Shown piece by piece: positions 31,492 through 40,554 of a stretch of 64,000 bases of DNA. The translations under genes were made by a program, and so were the position numbers. Below the pieces are notes generated by a model. It worked only from the letters and a program-made list of their open reading frames with translations, did no database searches and was not told the origin of the DNA. Origin of the DNA: Promethearchaeota archaeon (lineage in GTDB: Archaea > Asgardarchaeota > Lokiarchaeia > Sigyniarchaeales > SOKP01); assembly GCA_030603385.1 (NCBI GenBank), contig JAUVXW010000001.1:128001-192000 (forward strand). The letters run 5' to 3'. How positions within the stretch are numbered: position 1 is the stretch's first letter; each line of letters begins with the position of its first letter.

Positions 31492-32679
31492 ATAGTCACT
31501 ATTAATAATATTAAAACGATAACCGTAGTAGGTGCAGGGATTATGGGTCATGAAATCGCTCAAGTTGCACTCATGGGGGGTTTTAAAACTGTTATTTTAA
31601 ATGACTTAACTGAGGAAATTATTAATAAGGCTGCAATTAAAATTAAAAATAGTTTAGAAAGACTTGAATCAAAAGGTAAGCTAAATGAAGGTTATACCGC
31701 CACTAATTTAATGGATAATCTAGTAAAGGAGGTTAATTTAGAAAAAGCCTTATCGAATGCTGACTTTATTGTGGAAGCAATTCCGGAGGTAATGATACTT
31801 AAGAGAAGGCTTTTTGAGAAATTAGGAAAATTTGCCCCTAAACATGCAATTTTAGCAACAAATACTTCTACAATGAGCATTTCTGAAATAGCATCAACAT
31901 CGGGAAGACCTGATAAAGTAATTGGATGTCATTTTTTTACACCTATAGTTGTACTACGATTAATTGAGATCATTAAAGGGAAGAAAACTTCAGAAGATAC
32001 CGTAAAAATTGTAAAAGAAATTTGTGAAAAGTTCCCAGCTCTTCAAGGAAAGCGACTTTTGCCGATCCTTCAAAAAGAAAGTCCCGGATTTATTGTAAAT
32101 CGCTTGACGATTACGACTGGTCTTTATTTAATCTGGCTTCTTGAATATTCGAGGGAAAAAGGCATACCTTTGGAAAATGTAGATGCAGATGCTGAATCTC
32201 TAGCTGAAATTGGACCTTTTGCTAAAATGGATTATTTCGGACTTGATACTACTTATAATGTTATGAGTTATTTCGCAGAAGTGCTTTCTCCAGAATTTTC
32301 TCCAGGAAAAACAATAAGTAATTTAGTAAATAACGGTCATCTTGGAAAAAAAACGGGAAAAGGACTTTTCGACTGGAAAGACGGGAAACTCAATATTTCA
32401 AAAACTGAAAAAGCAGGACTTTTTAATGTAGAGCTATTTATGGCAATCCAATTAAATGAAGGCTGTAGACTCTTAGAAGATAAAATTGTTTCTGGTTATA
32501 AAATAATTGATGACACTATGATGGCAGGAATGAACCTACCAGGACCTTTTGGACCTGGAAAAAGAAGTTATGAGAAATGGACAAGATTATTGGAAGACTT
32601 TGTAGAAAACTCAGGTATTAAGTATTTGAAACCGTGTAAACTAATGAAATCTGGTGATTTTGTTAATATGAGAAAATAA
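31492..32679 (+). CDS. 3-hydroxyacyl-CoA dehydrogenase (probable ATA start)
   Basis: The Rossmann motif VVGAGIMGHEIA begins upstream of the ORF-track ATG; also VEAIPE, ATNTSTM, GCHFF, PGFIVNR, GHLGKKTGKG and a duplicated C-terminal domain. Confidence 0.9.
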   Translation: MVTINNIKTITVVGAGIMGHEIAQVALMGGFKTVILNDLTEEIINKAAIKIKNSLERLESKGKLNEGYTATNLMDNLVKEVNLEKALSNADFIVEAIPEVMILKRRLFEKLGKFAPKHAILATNTSTMSISEIASTSGRPDKVIGCHFFTPIVVLRLIEIIKGKKTSEDTVKIVKEICEKFPALQGKRLLPILQKESPGFIVNRLTITTGLYLIWLLEYSREKGIPLENVDADAESLAEIGPFAKMDYFGLDTTYNVMSYFAEVLSPEFSPGKTISNLVNNGHLGKKTGKGLFDWKDGKLNISKTEKAGLFNVELFMAIQLNEGCRLLEDKIVSGYKIIDDTMMAGMNLPGPFGPGKRSYEKWTRLLEDFVENSGIKYLKPCKLMKSGDFVNMRK

Positions 32680-32840
32680 TTGCTTTATTTTTTGGGATCC
32701 AATCAATTCTAGTACACAAAAAAAATGAAACTAAAGAATTTGAAGATAAATAGTAAATTTTTTTTCATAATATCGATTGATGATTTTTTAAATAAACTAA
32801 GATTTATTATATATAAGCCTAATTATAAAAAATTTTAAAT

Positions 32841-33131
32841 ATGTCGAAAGTCGAAAAATCCCCCAAAACGGGATTCGAAAAAATTATAGAATATTTTAAT
32901 TCTGAACTTGAAATAAATCATCCTATTGCAATTGCAAAAGTCGTAGAAGATACAGGATTTTCTTGGAGCTTTATTAAAAAAACGCTAGCTAAAATAATAG
33001 AAGAATATGATGGATTCCATTTTGAAAAATCAGGAAATACATGGATTACATGGAAAGACAGAGAACATATTATAAAGAAATTAGATGATACATGTTCTCG
33101 CTTTTTGGAGGAATCCGATGAGGGATGTTAA
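32841..33131 (+). CDS. Small winged-helix-like protein
   Basis: PIAIAKVVEDTGFSWSFIKKTL helix-turn-helix pattern followed by a beta-hairpin (FHFEKSGNTWITW). Confidence 0.55.
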   Translation: MSKVEKSPKTGFEKIIEYFNSELEINHPIAIAKVVEDTGFSWSFIKKTLAKIIEEYDGFHFEKSGNTWITWKDREHIIKKLDDTCSRFLEESDEGC

Positions 33132-34405
33132 TCTTTAAATTTATTTCTCTTTCTTAATACATCATTTTCATATTTCTCAATTTCTTTAATCCAAGAATAT
33201 CCTACTGGCACATTATTTTTTAAACAGAAATAATCCCAGACAGGACCAAAGGGGAGTGTTTTTAATTCTTCTAGAAATGCGAGTCGTTGAAAGTATTGAC
33301 CATTCTCTTCATACTCCCTTAAAGTTTCCCAGGGTTGAAGTAAAGCATACAATAAGCTCTTCTGAACAGCTCGAGTTCCGATCACCCATGCTCCAATACG
33401 ATTAATGGAAGCATCAAAATAATCCAATCCTAAATGAATTCTATCCATGGCTTTACTCCTTACAATTTCTTCTGCTAGCTGAATCAAGTCATTACTCAAA
33501 ATAACGACATGGTCACTATCCCATCTTACCCCTCGACTGATATGAAGCATTAATTCGGGGATAAATGGAAGTATAGCCGAAATTTTATCTCCAACTGACT
33601 CAGTAGGATGAAAATGTCCAGTATCGAGAGTTAACATTACTTGATTAGCTATTGCATAACTTAGATAAAAATCATAACTTCCAACTACGAAAGATTCGCT
33701 CCCAATACCGAAAAGTTTCCCTTCAATGGTATCCTTCATCTCAGAGGGAGGATACTTCTCTTGTAGAATCTCATCTAATGAATCTTTTAATAATTCTCGA
33801 TATCCCATTCTATCAACAGGAATGTCTTTTAAGCCATCAGGTATCCAAATATTATGAATACAGGGTTTTTTTAACTGTTTACCTATTTCAGCACTTATTT
33901 CCCGACATCTACAAACATGTTCTATCCAAAATTGACGAATTTCTTTTGATTTACTGCTTAAAGTAAAACCATCATCCGCTTTTGGATGAGAAAAAAGAGT
34001 AGAATTCAAATCTAATTTCAGTTCTTTTTCTTTAGCCCAATCAATCCAATATTGGAAATATTCAGGTGTATATTGATTACGTTCAATGAATTTTCCCCCA
34101 AAATCTCCATGGAAAGAATGTAAATTTACACGATGACTGCCTGGAATTAAAGATAGTGCTTTTCCTAAGTCTTTTTGTAGTTCTTGGATATTTCTCGCTT
34201 TTCCAGGATAATTTCCTGTAGCTATAATTCCACCTCCACTCAGTTTTGCGTTTGGTCTTTCAAAACCACTAACATCATCACCCTGCCAGGCGTGAATTGA
34301 TATTGGAATCTCCTTTAATCTTTTCAAAATGTTCTCAGTATTTATTCCAAGATCTTCATATCTTCTCTTTGCTATTTCATAGGCTTTCTTAATTTCGTTA
34401 TTCAT
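33128..34405 (-). CDS. rhaA: L-rhamnose isomerase (E. coli RhaA type)
   Basis: ISIHAWQGDDVSGFE, ATGNYPGKAR, FSHPK, NIWIPDG, KLFGIGSES, LDTGHFHPTE, LHISRGVRWDSDHV, GLDYFDASINR. Confidence 0.95.
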   Translation of the reverse strand: MNNEIKKAYEIAKRRYEDLGINTENILKRLKEIPISIHAWQGDDVSGFERPNAKLSGGGIIATGNYPGKARNIQELQKDLGKALSLIPGSHRVNLHSFHGDFGGKFIERNQYTPEYFQYWIDWAKEKELKLDLNSTLFSHPKADDGFTLSSKSKEIRQFWIEHVCRCREISAEIGKQLKKPCIHNIWIPDGLKDIPVDRMGYRELLKDSLDEILQEKYPPSEMKDTIEGKLFGIGSESFVVGSYDFYLSYAIANQVMLTLDTGHFHPTESVGDKISAILPFIPELMLHISRGVRWDSDHVVILSNDLIQLAEEIVRSKAMDRIHLGLDYFDASINRIGAWVIGTRAVQKSLLYALLQPWETLREYEENGQYFQRLAFLEELKTLPFGPVWDYFCLKNNVPVGYSWIKEIEKYENDVLRKRNKFKD

Positions 34406-34415
34406 TTTTAACCCT

Positions 34416-34556
34416 TCAATTTAATATCTTCTTTCCAGTTAATTCGGGAAGTTTAATACCCAACTCGAATTTTAGAACCCGATCAGGCAATTCATGATTA
34501 AATACAGTATTAATCCGTTGAAACGATGCCCATTCCGTTTGATCTATTGATATCAC
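34416..34556 (-). pseudogene. 5' remnant of a uroporphyrinogen decarboxylase / MtaA-CmuA family gene
   Basis: VISIDQTEWASFQRINTVFNHELPDRVLKFELGIKLPELTGKKILN*; the SxxRxxxxxxHExPDRV pattern is the family N-terminus; ends after 46 codons. Confidence 0.5.
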
Positions 34557-34583
34557 CTAAATTAGTAAAGGATTAATAATTAA

Positions 34584-36023
34584 TTAGTTTACCTTTAGGA
34601 TGAATCTAGCATATCGATGAAGGGTTGGCTCTCCGTCATCTTTCACATCAAGAATCATATGAACGAAACCGGATTCTTTTGGGTCTTCAAATGACAGAAT
34701 TATTTTTACAGAAAATGGTGAATCGATATTTATATTTCCTTTATAAGTTCCTGCTTCTTTATAACTGAACCAATGATAGAATAGATTATTTCCATCTGGA
34801 TCAGAAGATTCTGTAGCATCCAATTTTATTATGTCGTTCCCACTAATTTCTCTGTTTAATTCACCTTTCACCACCACCTTCGGAGGATGGTTAGCATCTT
34901 CATATTTAGAAGTAGATGCCCAATCCATTCTCGCAGCAAAATCATGCTGGTATGCCTCGCGCCAACGCCAAATTGTTGCTTGGTTTGAGTGATAATTTCC
35001 TGGAACATCTCCTTTTAATTCCCCAGGGCCATCACCAACAATTATGGTATCAAAACTGTCAGTAAAAATAGGTCTTTTCTCTCGTTCATGTTGAGCTAAC
35101 TCGTATCGACCACCCCAACCACCAAAAGTAGGGCTCTGCAAGCTTCTTAATCCGTTAGGGATGAGCCATAAGTAAGTTTGTGTGTCGGTTTCCATAGCAG
35201 TAGTATTTTCTCCAAAATGGATTAGATCTGGATAAACTTCTCCTAAAGGACCGTGGTTATTTTGTATATTTTTTTTAAGCCAATCTTTAGTTATTAATGA
35301 TGAGTTTGGACCGCCTTTAAACCTATATGTAAGTTCTCCAGAAATTCCTGCCCAGGTAGCGACTCTATGGTTCCTAAACATCGCTATCATAAAATCTCTA
35401 TTAACTTCTGTTTTAGGAATATTAAAAGGGGTATTAACGTAAAATAAATTGGGGAAAGTATCTTTTAACCAATGCGATGCGTGATCCTGATCTACATGGC
35501 AATAAACTCTTATCTTAGCAATAAAAGTGTCAAGTTCTTTTTTAGTACGTGTTTCTCCGACTTTCCATAATGATTGAGCTAGTACATTAGCTCCACCCCA
35601 AAGGGTAATCCATACAGGTCTCGGATCATCTTTATCAATAACTTTAATAGTCCATTCAGATCCTTCAGTATCCTTTCCTAAGCCGACACCCTCCATTCCA
35701 TACTCCTTTGATCCCTCTTTTAAAATCGCAAATAATTCTTCTCTTGTCGGATAGTAATCATCAGTATGTTTCATTAAGTTATTTCTTGGGTCTCCCCTAT
35801 AGGCTTCGATTATTTCCTCGATTAAATCTCTTCGTAAAATATCTCGCTGCCACATAGATGTACATGTGACTAACCCTTCAATATCAATTTCATTGGCATA
35901 GGTTAAAAGTCGGACGATAGATTGTTGATCATCAGCTTCGTTTCCTATGTCAGTATGAACTAAGAGACGTGCCTTAGCAAGAGGATCAAATACTCCGAAT
36001 TTATCTGTCTTGAAATTAATCAT
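34584..36023 (-). CDS. DUF1593 nucleoside-hydrolase-like protein with C-terminal beta-sandwich
   Basis: VHTDIGNEADDQQSIVRLLTYANEIDIEGLV, DPRPVWITLWGGANVLAQ, PTFGGWGGRY, WRWREAYQHDFAARMDW, ANHPP, LDATESSDPDG. Confidence 0.9.
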   Translation of the reverse strand: MINFKTDKFGVFDPLAKARLLVHTDIGNEADDQQSIVRLLTYANEIDIEGLVTCTSMWQRDILRRDLIEEIIEAYRGDPRNNLMKHTDDYYPTREELFAILKEGSKEYGMEGVGLGKDTEGSEWTIKVIDKDDPRPVWITLWGGANVLAQSLWKVGETRTKKELDTFIAKIRVYCHVDQDHASHWLKDTFPNLFYVNTPFNIPKTEVNRDFMIAMFRNHRVATWAGISGELTYRFKGGPNSSLITKDWLKKNIQNNHGPLGEVYPDLIHFGENTTAMETDTQTYLWLIPNGLRSLQSPTFGGWGGRYELAQHEREKRPIFTDSFDTIIVGDGPGELKGDVPGNYHSNQATIWRWREAYQHDFAARMDWASTSKYEDANHPPKVVVKGELNREISGNDIIKLDATESSDPDGNNLFYHWFSYKEAGTYKGNINIDSPFSVKIILSFEDPKESGFVHMILDVKDDGEPTLHRYARFILKVN

Positions 36024-36053
36024 TAGTTTGTAAAAAATAATTAAATTTTAAAA

Positions 36054-36075
36054 TTAGTGTGAATTTTCACACTAA
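36054..36075. promoter_or_regulatory. Perfect 10-bp inverted repeat, candidate operator in a divergent promoter
   Basis: TTAGTGTGAA-TT-TTCACACTAA between the divergent DUF1593 and FrhB-like genes. Confidence 0.6.
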
Positions 36076-36114
36076 ATAAAATTAATGTATTTTCACACTA
36101 AATAAAATTAATGT
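36063..36114. repeat. Perfect 26-bp tandem duplication
   Basis: ATTTTCACACTAAATAAAATTAATGT at 36063-36088 and 36089-36114. Confidence 0.95.
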
Positions 36115-36129
36115 ATCTGGTTAATTTAA

Positions 36130-37074
36130 ATGAAAATTGAAAAGTCAAGCCAAGATCTCGAAAATGAGGTAATTTATTCTGGGCTCTGTATTCACTGTGG
36201 TAGTTGCAATGCATTTTGCCCACATATGGATTTTAACCAAGAAACTGGAGAGGCTTATGTTGTAGATGAATGTGCTGAAACTGTAGGGCTCTGTTATAAT
36301 GCATGCCCAAGAAGCTTTCTACCGATATCAGAAATTGAACAGAAACTATATGGAAAAACTCGTATTGATTTAGCAGTAGGGGTTTATAATGATATAATTC
36401 AGGTTAAATCCAAAAATAAAGATGAAATTTTATACAACCTTACTTTAGCTGCTTTTGAATCCGGAGTTGTAAAACATATGGTTCTAAGCGAACCAAAAAG
36501 TAAAAAACCTCCTGTAGCATTCCCAGTTGTAGTAGATAACGCAAAAGATGCTAAGAAATATATACCAAAAACAACAATGGATAACGCAGGACCTCTAATT
36601 ACCGGTATTGGTAAAGCCTATAAAGACTATAAACGCGATATTGGAATAATAGCAAATCCATGTCACTTACAAGGATTAGCAAAAATTCTCACTAGCGATT
36701 TCAACACCGGAGCAGAGAGAACTTCTTTATGTATTGCTTTTGCTTGCTCTTCTGGTGGGATGACGGGTTGTAAATATTGTACTGATTTTTCTGGGGAATT
36801 CTCCGATATTTCCTATTCACCTTGGGGTGCTCCAAAAGGCTCTGGTGAAGCGCTTTTAATAATTCGAACTGATGTTGGTCAAAAGGTTGTTGATGCTGCT
36901 GTTAAACAGAAATTGATTGAAATTACTGACCCAAATCCGGATTTATCAGAAATGAAGAAATTTCTTAATAAGAAACGTAAAAAGAATTTCTTGACTCTTC
37001 TCGGTAAAGATTTAATAACCGCAAAATATTTAGATCTTAATGTTGATGAGTTAAAAGATATTCTTGAAGAATAA
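36130..37074 (+). CDS. FrhB/FdhB (F420 hydrogenase/dehydrogenase beta) family Fe-S protein, divergent
   Basis: CIHCGSCNAFCP...C..GLCYNACPR ferredoxin part; ANPCH (GxPCQ-like); GCKYCTDFSGEFSDIS; LIIRTDVG. Confidence 0.8.
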   Translation: MKIEKSSQDLENEVIYSGLCIHCGSCNAFCPHMDFNQETGEAYVVDECAETVGLCYNACPRSFLPISEIEQKLYGKTRIDLAVGVYNDIIQVKSKNKDEILYNLTLAAFESGVVKHMVLSEPKSKKPPVAFPVVVDNAKDAKKYIPKTTMDNAGPLITGIGKAYKDYKRDIGIIANPCHLQGLAKILTSDFNTGAERTSLCIAFACSSGGMTGCKYCTDFSGEFSDISYSPWGAPKGSGEALLIIRTDVGQKVVDAAVKQKLIEITDPNPDLSEMKKFLNKKRKKNFLTLLGKDLITAKYLDLNVDELKDILEE

Positions 37075-37330
37075 ATAACTTTTTAATTTCTATTTCTTTT
37101 TCCTTTTGTTTTGTAACTCTTTATCAATACAAAGAATTTTTCATGATTTAAGAAAAATTTTTCTTATATCCTTCTAAAGTTAAATTGATCCAGAATCTTG
37201 TTTTTTTTAAAGAGTTATATAAATATAAAATCGATTTAATCTTATTAAAGCAAAAAAAATTATTTACAATTAAAGTCTATATAATTATTAACAATTTTAA
37301 TCTAGCTAAGTTTGGTGATAGTAAGGGCTT

Positions 37331-37870
37331 ATGGATAAAATTCCGCGAAAATTATTGTTCAAGATCTGCGTCGTAGGAGATGGAGGGATAGGTAAGAGCA
37401 CAATGGTGCAGCGATTACTGACCGGGCAGTTTATAGCACAAAAGATTACGATTGGGACAGACCTTGCGACCTGGGACATCCAAATCAATGATTCCATAAT
37501 GACAAGACTCCAGATATGGGATTTCGCTGGCGAAAGGCGTTTTCGGATCTTTCTCCCTAGTTATGCTCGAGGTGCGACGGGGTGCTTATTATGTTATGAT
37601 ATTACCCGGCGAACAAGTTTCGATAGTTTAGAAGAATGGTATGGTATCGTGAAAAATAATGCGGTGGACCCTGTATTTATTCTAGTTGGAGAAAAGCTCG
37701 ATTTAGCTGATGTAAGGAGAAGTGTGGAAACAGACCAAGCCGAAAAATTTAATAATACTCATAATATTGACCGTTTTTTCGAGACTTCCTCTAAGAGTGG
37801 GGAAAATAATGAGAATATTTTTGAAACTTTAACACAGTTGATTTTAAAGAAAAAGGGATTTTTAGATTAA
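37331..37870 (+). CDS. Rab-like small GTPase
   Basis: FKICVVGDGGIGKST, TIGTD, LQIWDFAGERRF, YARGA, YDIT, GEKLD, ETSSK. Confidence 0.92.
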   Translation: MDKIPRKLLFKICVVGDGGIGKSTMVQRLLTGQFIAQKITIGTDLATWDIQINDSIMTRLQIWDFAGERRFRIFLPSYARGATGCLLCYDITRRTSFDSLEEWYGIVKNNAVDPVFILVGEKLDLADVRRSVETDQAEKFNNTHNIDRFFETSSKSGENNENIFETLTQLILKKKGFLD

Positions 37871-37875
37871 AGTTT

Positions 37876-38754
37876 TTATTCAATATTTAATTGGTCTTTT
37901 ATTTTTTTATCAAGTGCCTTAAGGTGTTCAATTATAATAATTTGAATATTCTTAGGTAATGGTTCGAGAATTTTATCTAACTCTTCTTTGCTAAAATTGT
38001 TAACATCCCGATAAGTTAAAATCAGAGAAATGACCGCAAAAAGAGGAGAAATTAATAGTATAAAATAGATAAGAGAAGAAGTAGTCATCGGATCTGATCC
38101 CCCACTTCCAGTTCCAGGTAGATTAAGTTGAATTCTGAAAAGGGGATCTTGGTTCGAAGTAATAATTAAAATAGAATTTAGAATGTTTAGAGTAATGAAG
38201 ACGAATAAGTTAATTAATGCAATTAATCTAAAATTTTTTATTTTTAAGAATGAAACAATGGAATCATAAGTTTTAGGATTTTCTTTAGTAATTCTGCTAA
38301 GAATAATTTCTACTTTCGAATACTTCCATAGATCAATAAAAATCCAAAAAAATCCGAAAGTGTATAAAAAAATAAACAACCCGTTAAAATATGGGAAATA
38401 CTGGTCTACTATATGTGGATTGTATAGAGATTCAGCCCCTATCCAAAATAACAGAATTAATTGAAAGAGAGCAGAGAAAAATAATCGGTTCGCGTGTTTC
38501 TTTTCTAGGCCTATCGGATTATAAATAATAGGTCTCTCCTCAAATTCAGTTCTCCATTTATTTGTATTAACAATTCTAAAAAATATTGAAAAAGCAAAAG
38601 TAATAAGTGGATACAATAAAAGAGATATATCCTCCCATACTTGAGTGATTACTAATAGAAAAAGAAAACTAAATATGATTAAATCACGAACTAGAGTTTC
38701 ATTAATAAGGTCTTTTATTGATAAATAAAAATTATTATTAATATCTTCACTCAT
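37876..38754 (-). CDS. Hypothetical multi-pass membrane protein
   Basis: 292 aa with about 6 hydrophobic helices. Confidence 0.7.
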   Translation of the reverse strand: MSEDINNNFYLSIKDLINETLVRDLIIFSFLFLLVITQVWEDISLLLYPLITFAFSIFFRIVNTNKWRTEFEERPIIYNPIGLEKKHANRLFFSALFQLILLFWIGAESLYNPHIVDQYFPYFNGLFIFLYTFGFFWIFIDLWKYSKVEIILSRITKENPKTYDSIVSFLKIKNFRLIALINLFVFITLNILNSILIITSNQDPLFRIQLNLPGTGSGGSDPMTTSSLIYFILLISPLFAVISLILTYRDVNNFSKEELDKILEPLPKNIQIIIIEHLKALDKKIKDQLNIE

Positions 38755-38954
38755 TTTTTTATTAAAAGCAATCTTAATAATTAAACTTTTATGATTATTA
38801 GTTTTGAATTATCTGCTTATAGCTTGTGAGTAAATTAGATTCAATTTAGCCAAAGCATAACTCTTGCTAACCCTAAAAATTTAAATTAATCACACTATTT
38901 TATTCCACAACATACCTCTTACACATTAAATAATGTTAAGATGGTGTAGAAAAA

Positions 38955-40052
38955 GTGAAAAGTGAAAAACTCAATAGTAGAAAGACGCCTCTTTATGATG
39001 TTCATCGAAAACTCGGCGGTCGCATGGTAGAATTTTCTGGATGGTTAATGCCTGTTCAATATGAGAGTATTATTAAGGAACATGAAGCAGTTCGTTCTAA
39101 TGCGGGAGTGTTCGATATATCCCATATGGGTGAGTTTCTACTTAAAGGTAAAGATGTAATCCCATTTCTCCAATATATCATGATAAACGATTTAAAATTA
39201 TTGGAAGTATCTAAGGGTCAATATTCTTGCATGTGTTACGAAAATGGAACTGTCGTTGATGATTTATTTTATTATGAGGAAAGAGAAGATCTTTTTAGAA
39301 TAATTGTTAATGCTGGTAATATCGAGAAAGATTTTAAATGGCTAAATAATCACATTAAAAATTATGATGTAAATGTGCAGGATCTCTCATCTGAACGAAG
39401 TCGTTTAGCATTTCAAGGTCCTAAAACAGATGATCTACTTCAACCACTTGTAGATGTTGATCTATCTGAAATTAAAAGATTCTATTTTAGGTATTGTAAT
39501 CTTAAAAATATGCCAATATTTATAGCTAGAACCGGCTACACAGGGGAACGCGGGTTTGAAATTTCATTTGATAAGAAGAATTCAGAAGAAATATGGAATA
39601 ATTTGGTAAATACAGGAGCAAGTCCAGCTGGCTTAGGGGCAAGAGATTCGTTAAGGTTAGAAGCATGTTATTCATTATATGGGCATGAAATAAGTGATAC
39701 AATTACGCCAATAGAGGCTGGATTAAATTGGTTAGTAAAACCCAAGGAAGGTATTGAATATCTTGGTAAACAAGTGCTTATGAAGCAAAAATCTGAAGGC
39801 ACTGAAAGAATTTTAGTTGCTCTTAATTTATTAGATAAAGGAATAATTAGAGAAAACTATAAGATATTTAAGAATGGAAACGAAATTGGATATGTAACAT
39901 CTGGTGGATATTCACCTACTCTTAAAAAGACTATTGGATTAGGTTTGGTAAAAAGTCAATATAAAGAAGTTGGAACTGAATTAGAAATCGAAATTCGAGG
40001 TAAACTTCTAAAGGGAATTATTGTTTCTATACCATTTTATCGAAATGTGTAA
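38955..40052 (+). CDS. gcvT: Glycine cleavage system aminomethyltransferase T
   Basis: TPLYDVH, MVEFSGWLMPVQY, FDISHMGE, ARTGYTGERGFE, GLGARDSLRLEA, LYGHE, GYVTSG. Confidence 0.97.
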   Translation: MKSEKLNSRKTPLYDVHRKLGGRMVEFSGWLMPVQYESIIKEHEAVRSNAGVFDISHMGEFLLKGKDVIPFLQYIMINDLKLLEVSKGQYSCMCYENGTVVDDLFYYEEREDLFRIIVNAGNIEKDFKWLNNHIKNYDVNVQDLSSERSRLAFQGPKTDDLLQPLVDVDLSEIKRFYFRYCNLKNMPIFIARTGYTGERGFEISFDKKNSEEIWNNLVNTGASPAGLGARDSLRLEACYSLYGHEISDTITPIEAGLNWLVKPKEGIEYLGKQVLMKQKSEGTERILVALNLLDKGIIRENYKIFKNGNEIGYVTSGGYSPTLKKTIGLGLVKSQYKEVGTELEIEIRGKLLKGIIVSIPFYRNV

Positions 40053-40086
40053 AAAACGTAAAAACTTAGAAATGAAGTGAAAGCTA

Positions 40087-40479
40087 ATGAGTTATGAATT
40101 TCCTAGTGATTTAAAATATACAACATCTCATGAATGGGTAAATTTACATGATAAAATTGCTACTGTTGGCATTACTGACTATGCTCAGCATCAATTAGGT
40201 GACATAGTTTTTGTAGAACTCCCTGCTGTAGGAATGGTATTAGAGAAAGAAAGTAACGCTGGTGAAATTGAGTCAGTGAAAGCAGTTGGAGAACTCTTAA
40301 TGCCATTATCAGGAGAAATTATTGAGATAAATGAACAACTTGCTGAGAGCCCAGAACTCGTAAATTCTTCTCCTTTTGGGGACGGCTGGATGATTAAATT
40401 TAAAATTTCTCATGCAATTGAAATTGATGAACTTATATCTGTTGAAAGATATAAAGAATTAGTTAAATCAGAAGAATAA
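40087..40479 (+). CDS. gcvH: Glycine cleavage system H protein
   Basis: YTTSHEW, VGITDYAQHQLGDIVFVELP, lipoyl-Lys in IESVKA, PELVNSSPFGDGW. Confidence 0.97.
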   Translation: MSYEFPSDLKYTTSHEWVNLHDKIATVGITDYAQHQLGDIVFVELPAVGMVLEKESNAGEIESVKAVGELLMPLSGEIIEINEQLAESPELVNSSPFGDGWMIKFKISHAIEIDELISVERYKELVKSEE

Positions 40480-40554
40480 TAATATTTTTTTTTATTTATT
40501 CATTAAATTATTTTTGTTAATTGTTTATATCAAATAATTGAGTGGAAAAATTAA

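Noticed and set aside
36054-36116. Possible CRISPR array or IS end
   Set aside because: Only two directly abutting copies, no spacers, and no cas or transposase gene nearby.
38760-38954. Possible glycine riboswitch upstream of gcvT
   Set aside because: No recognisable GGAGA/CAGG/CUCU aptamer consensus or stable stems.
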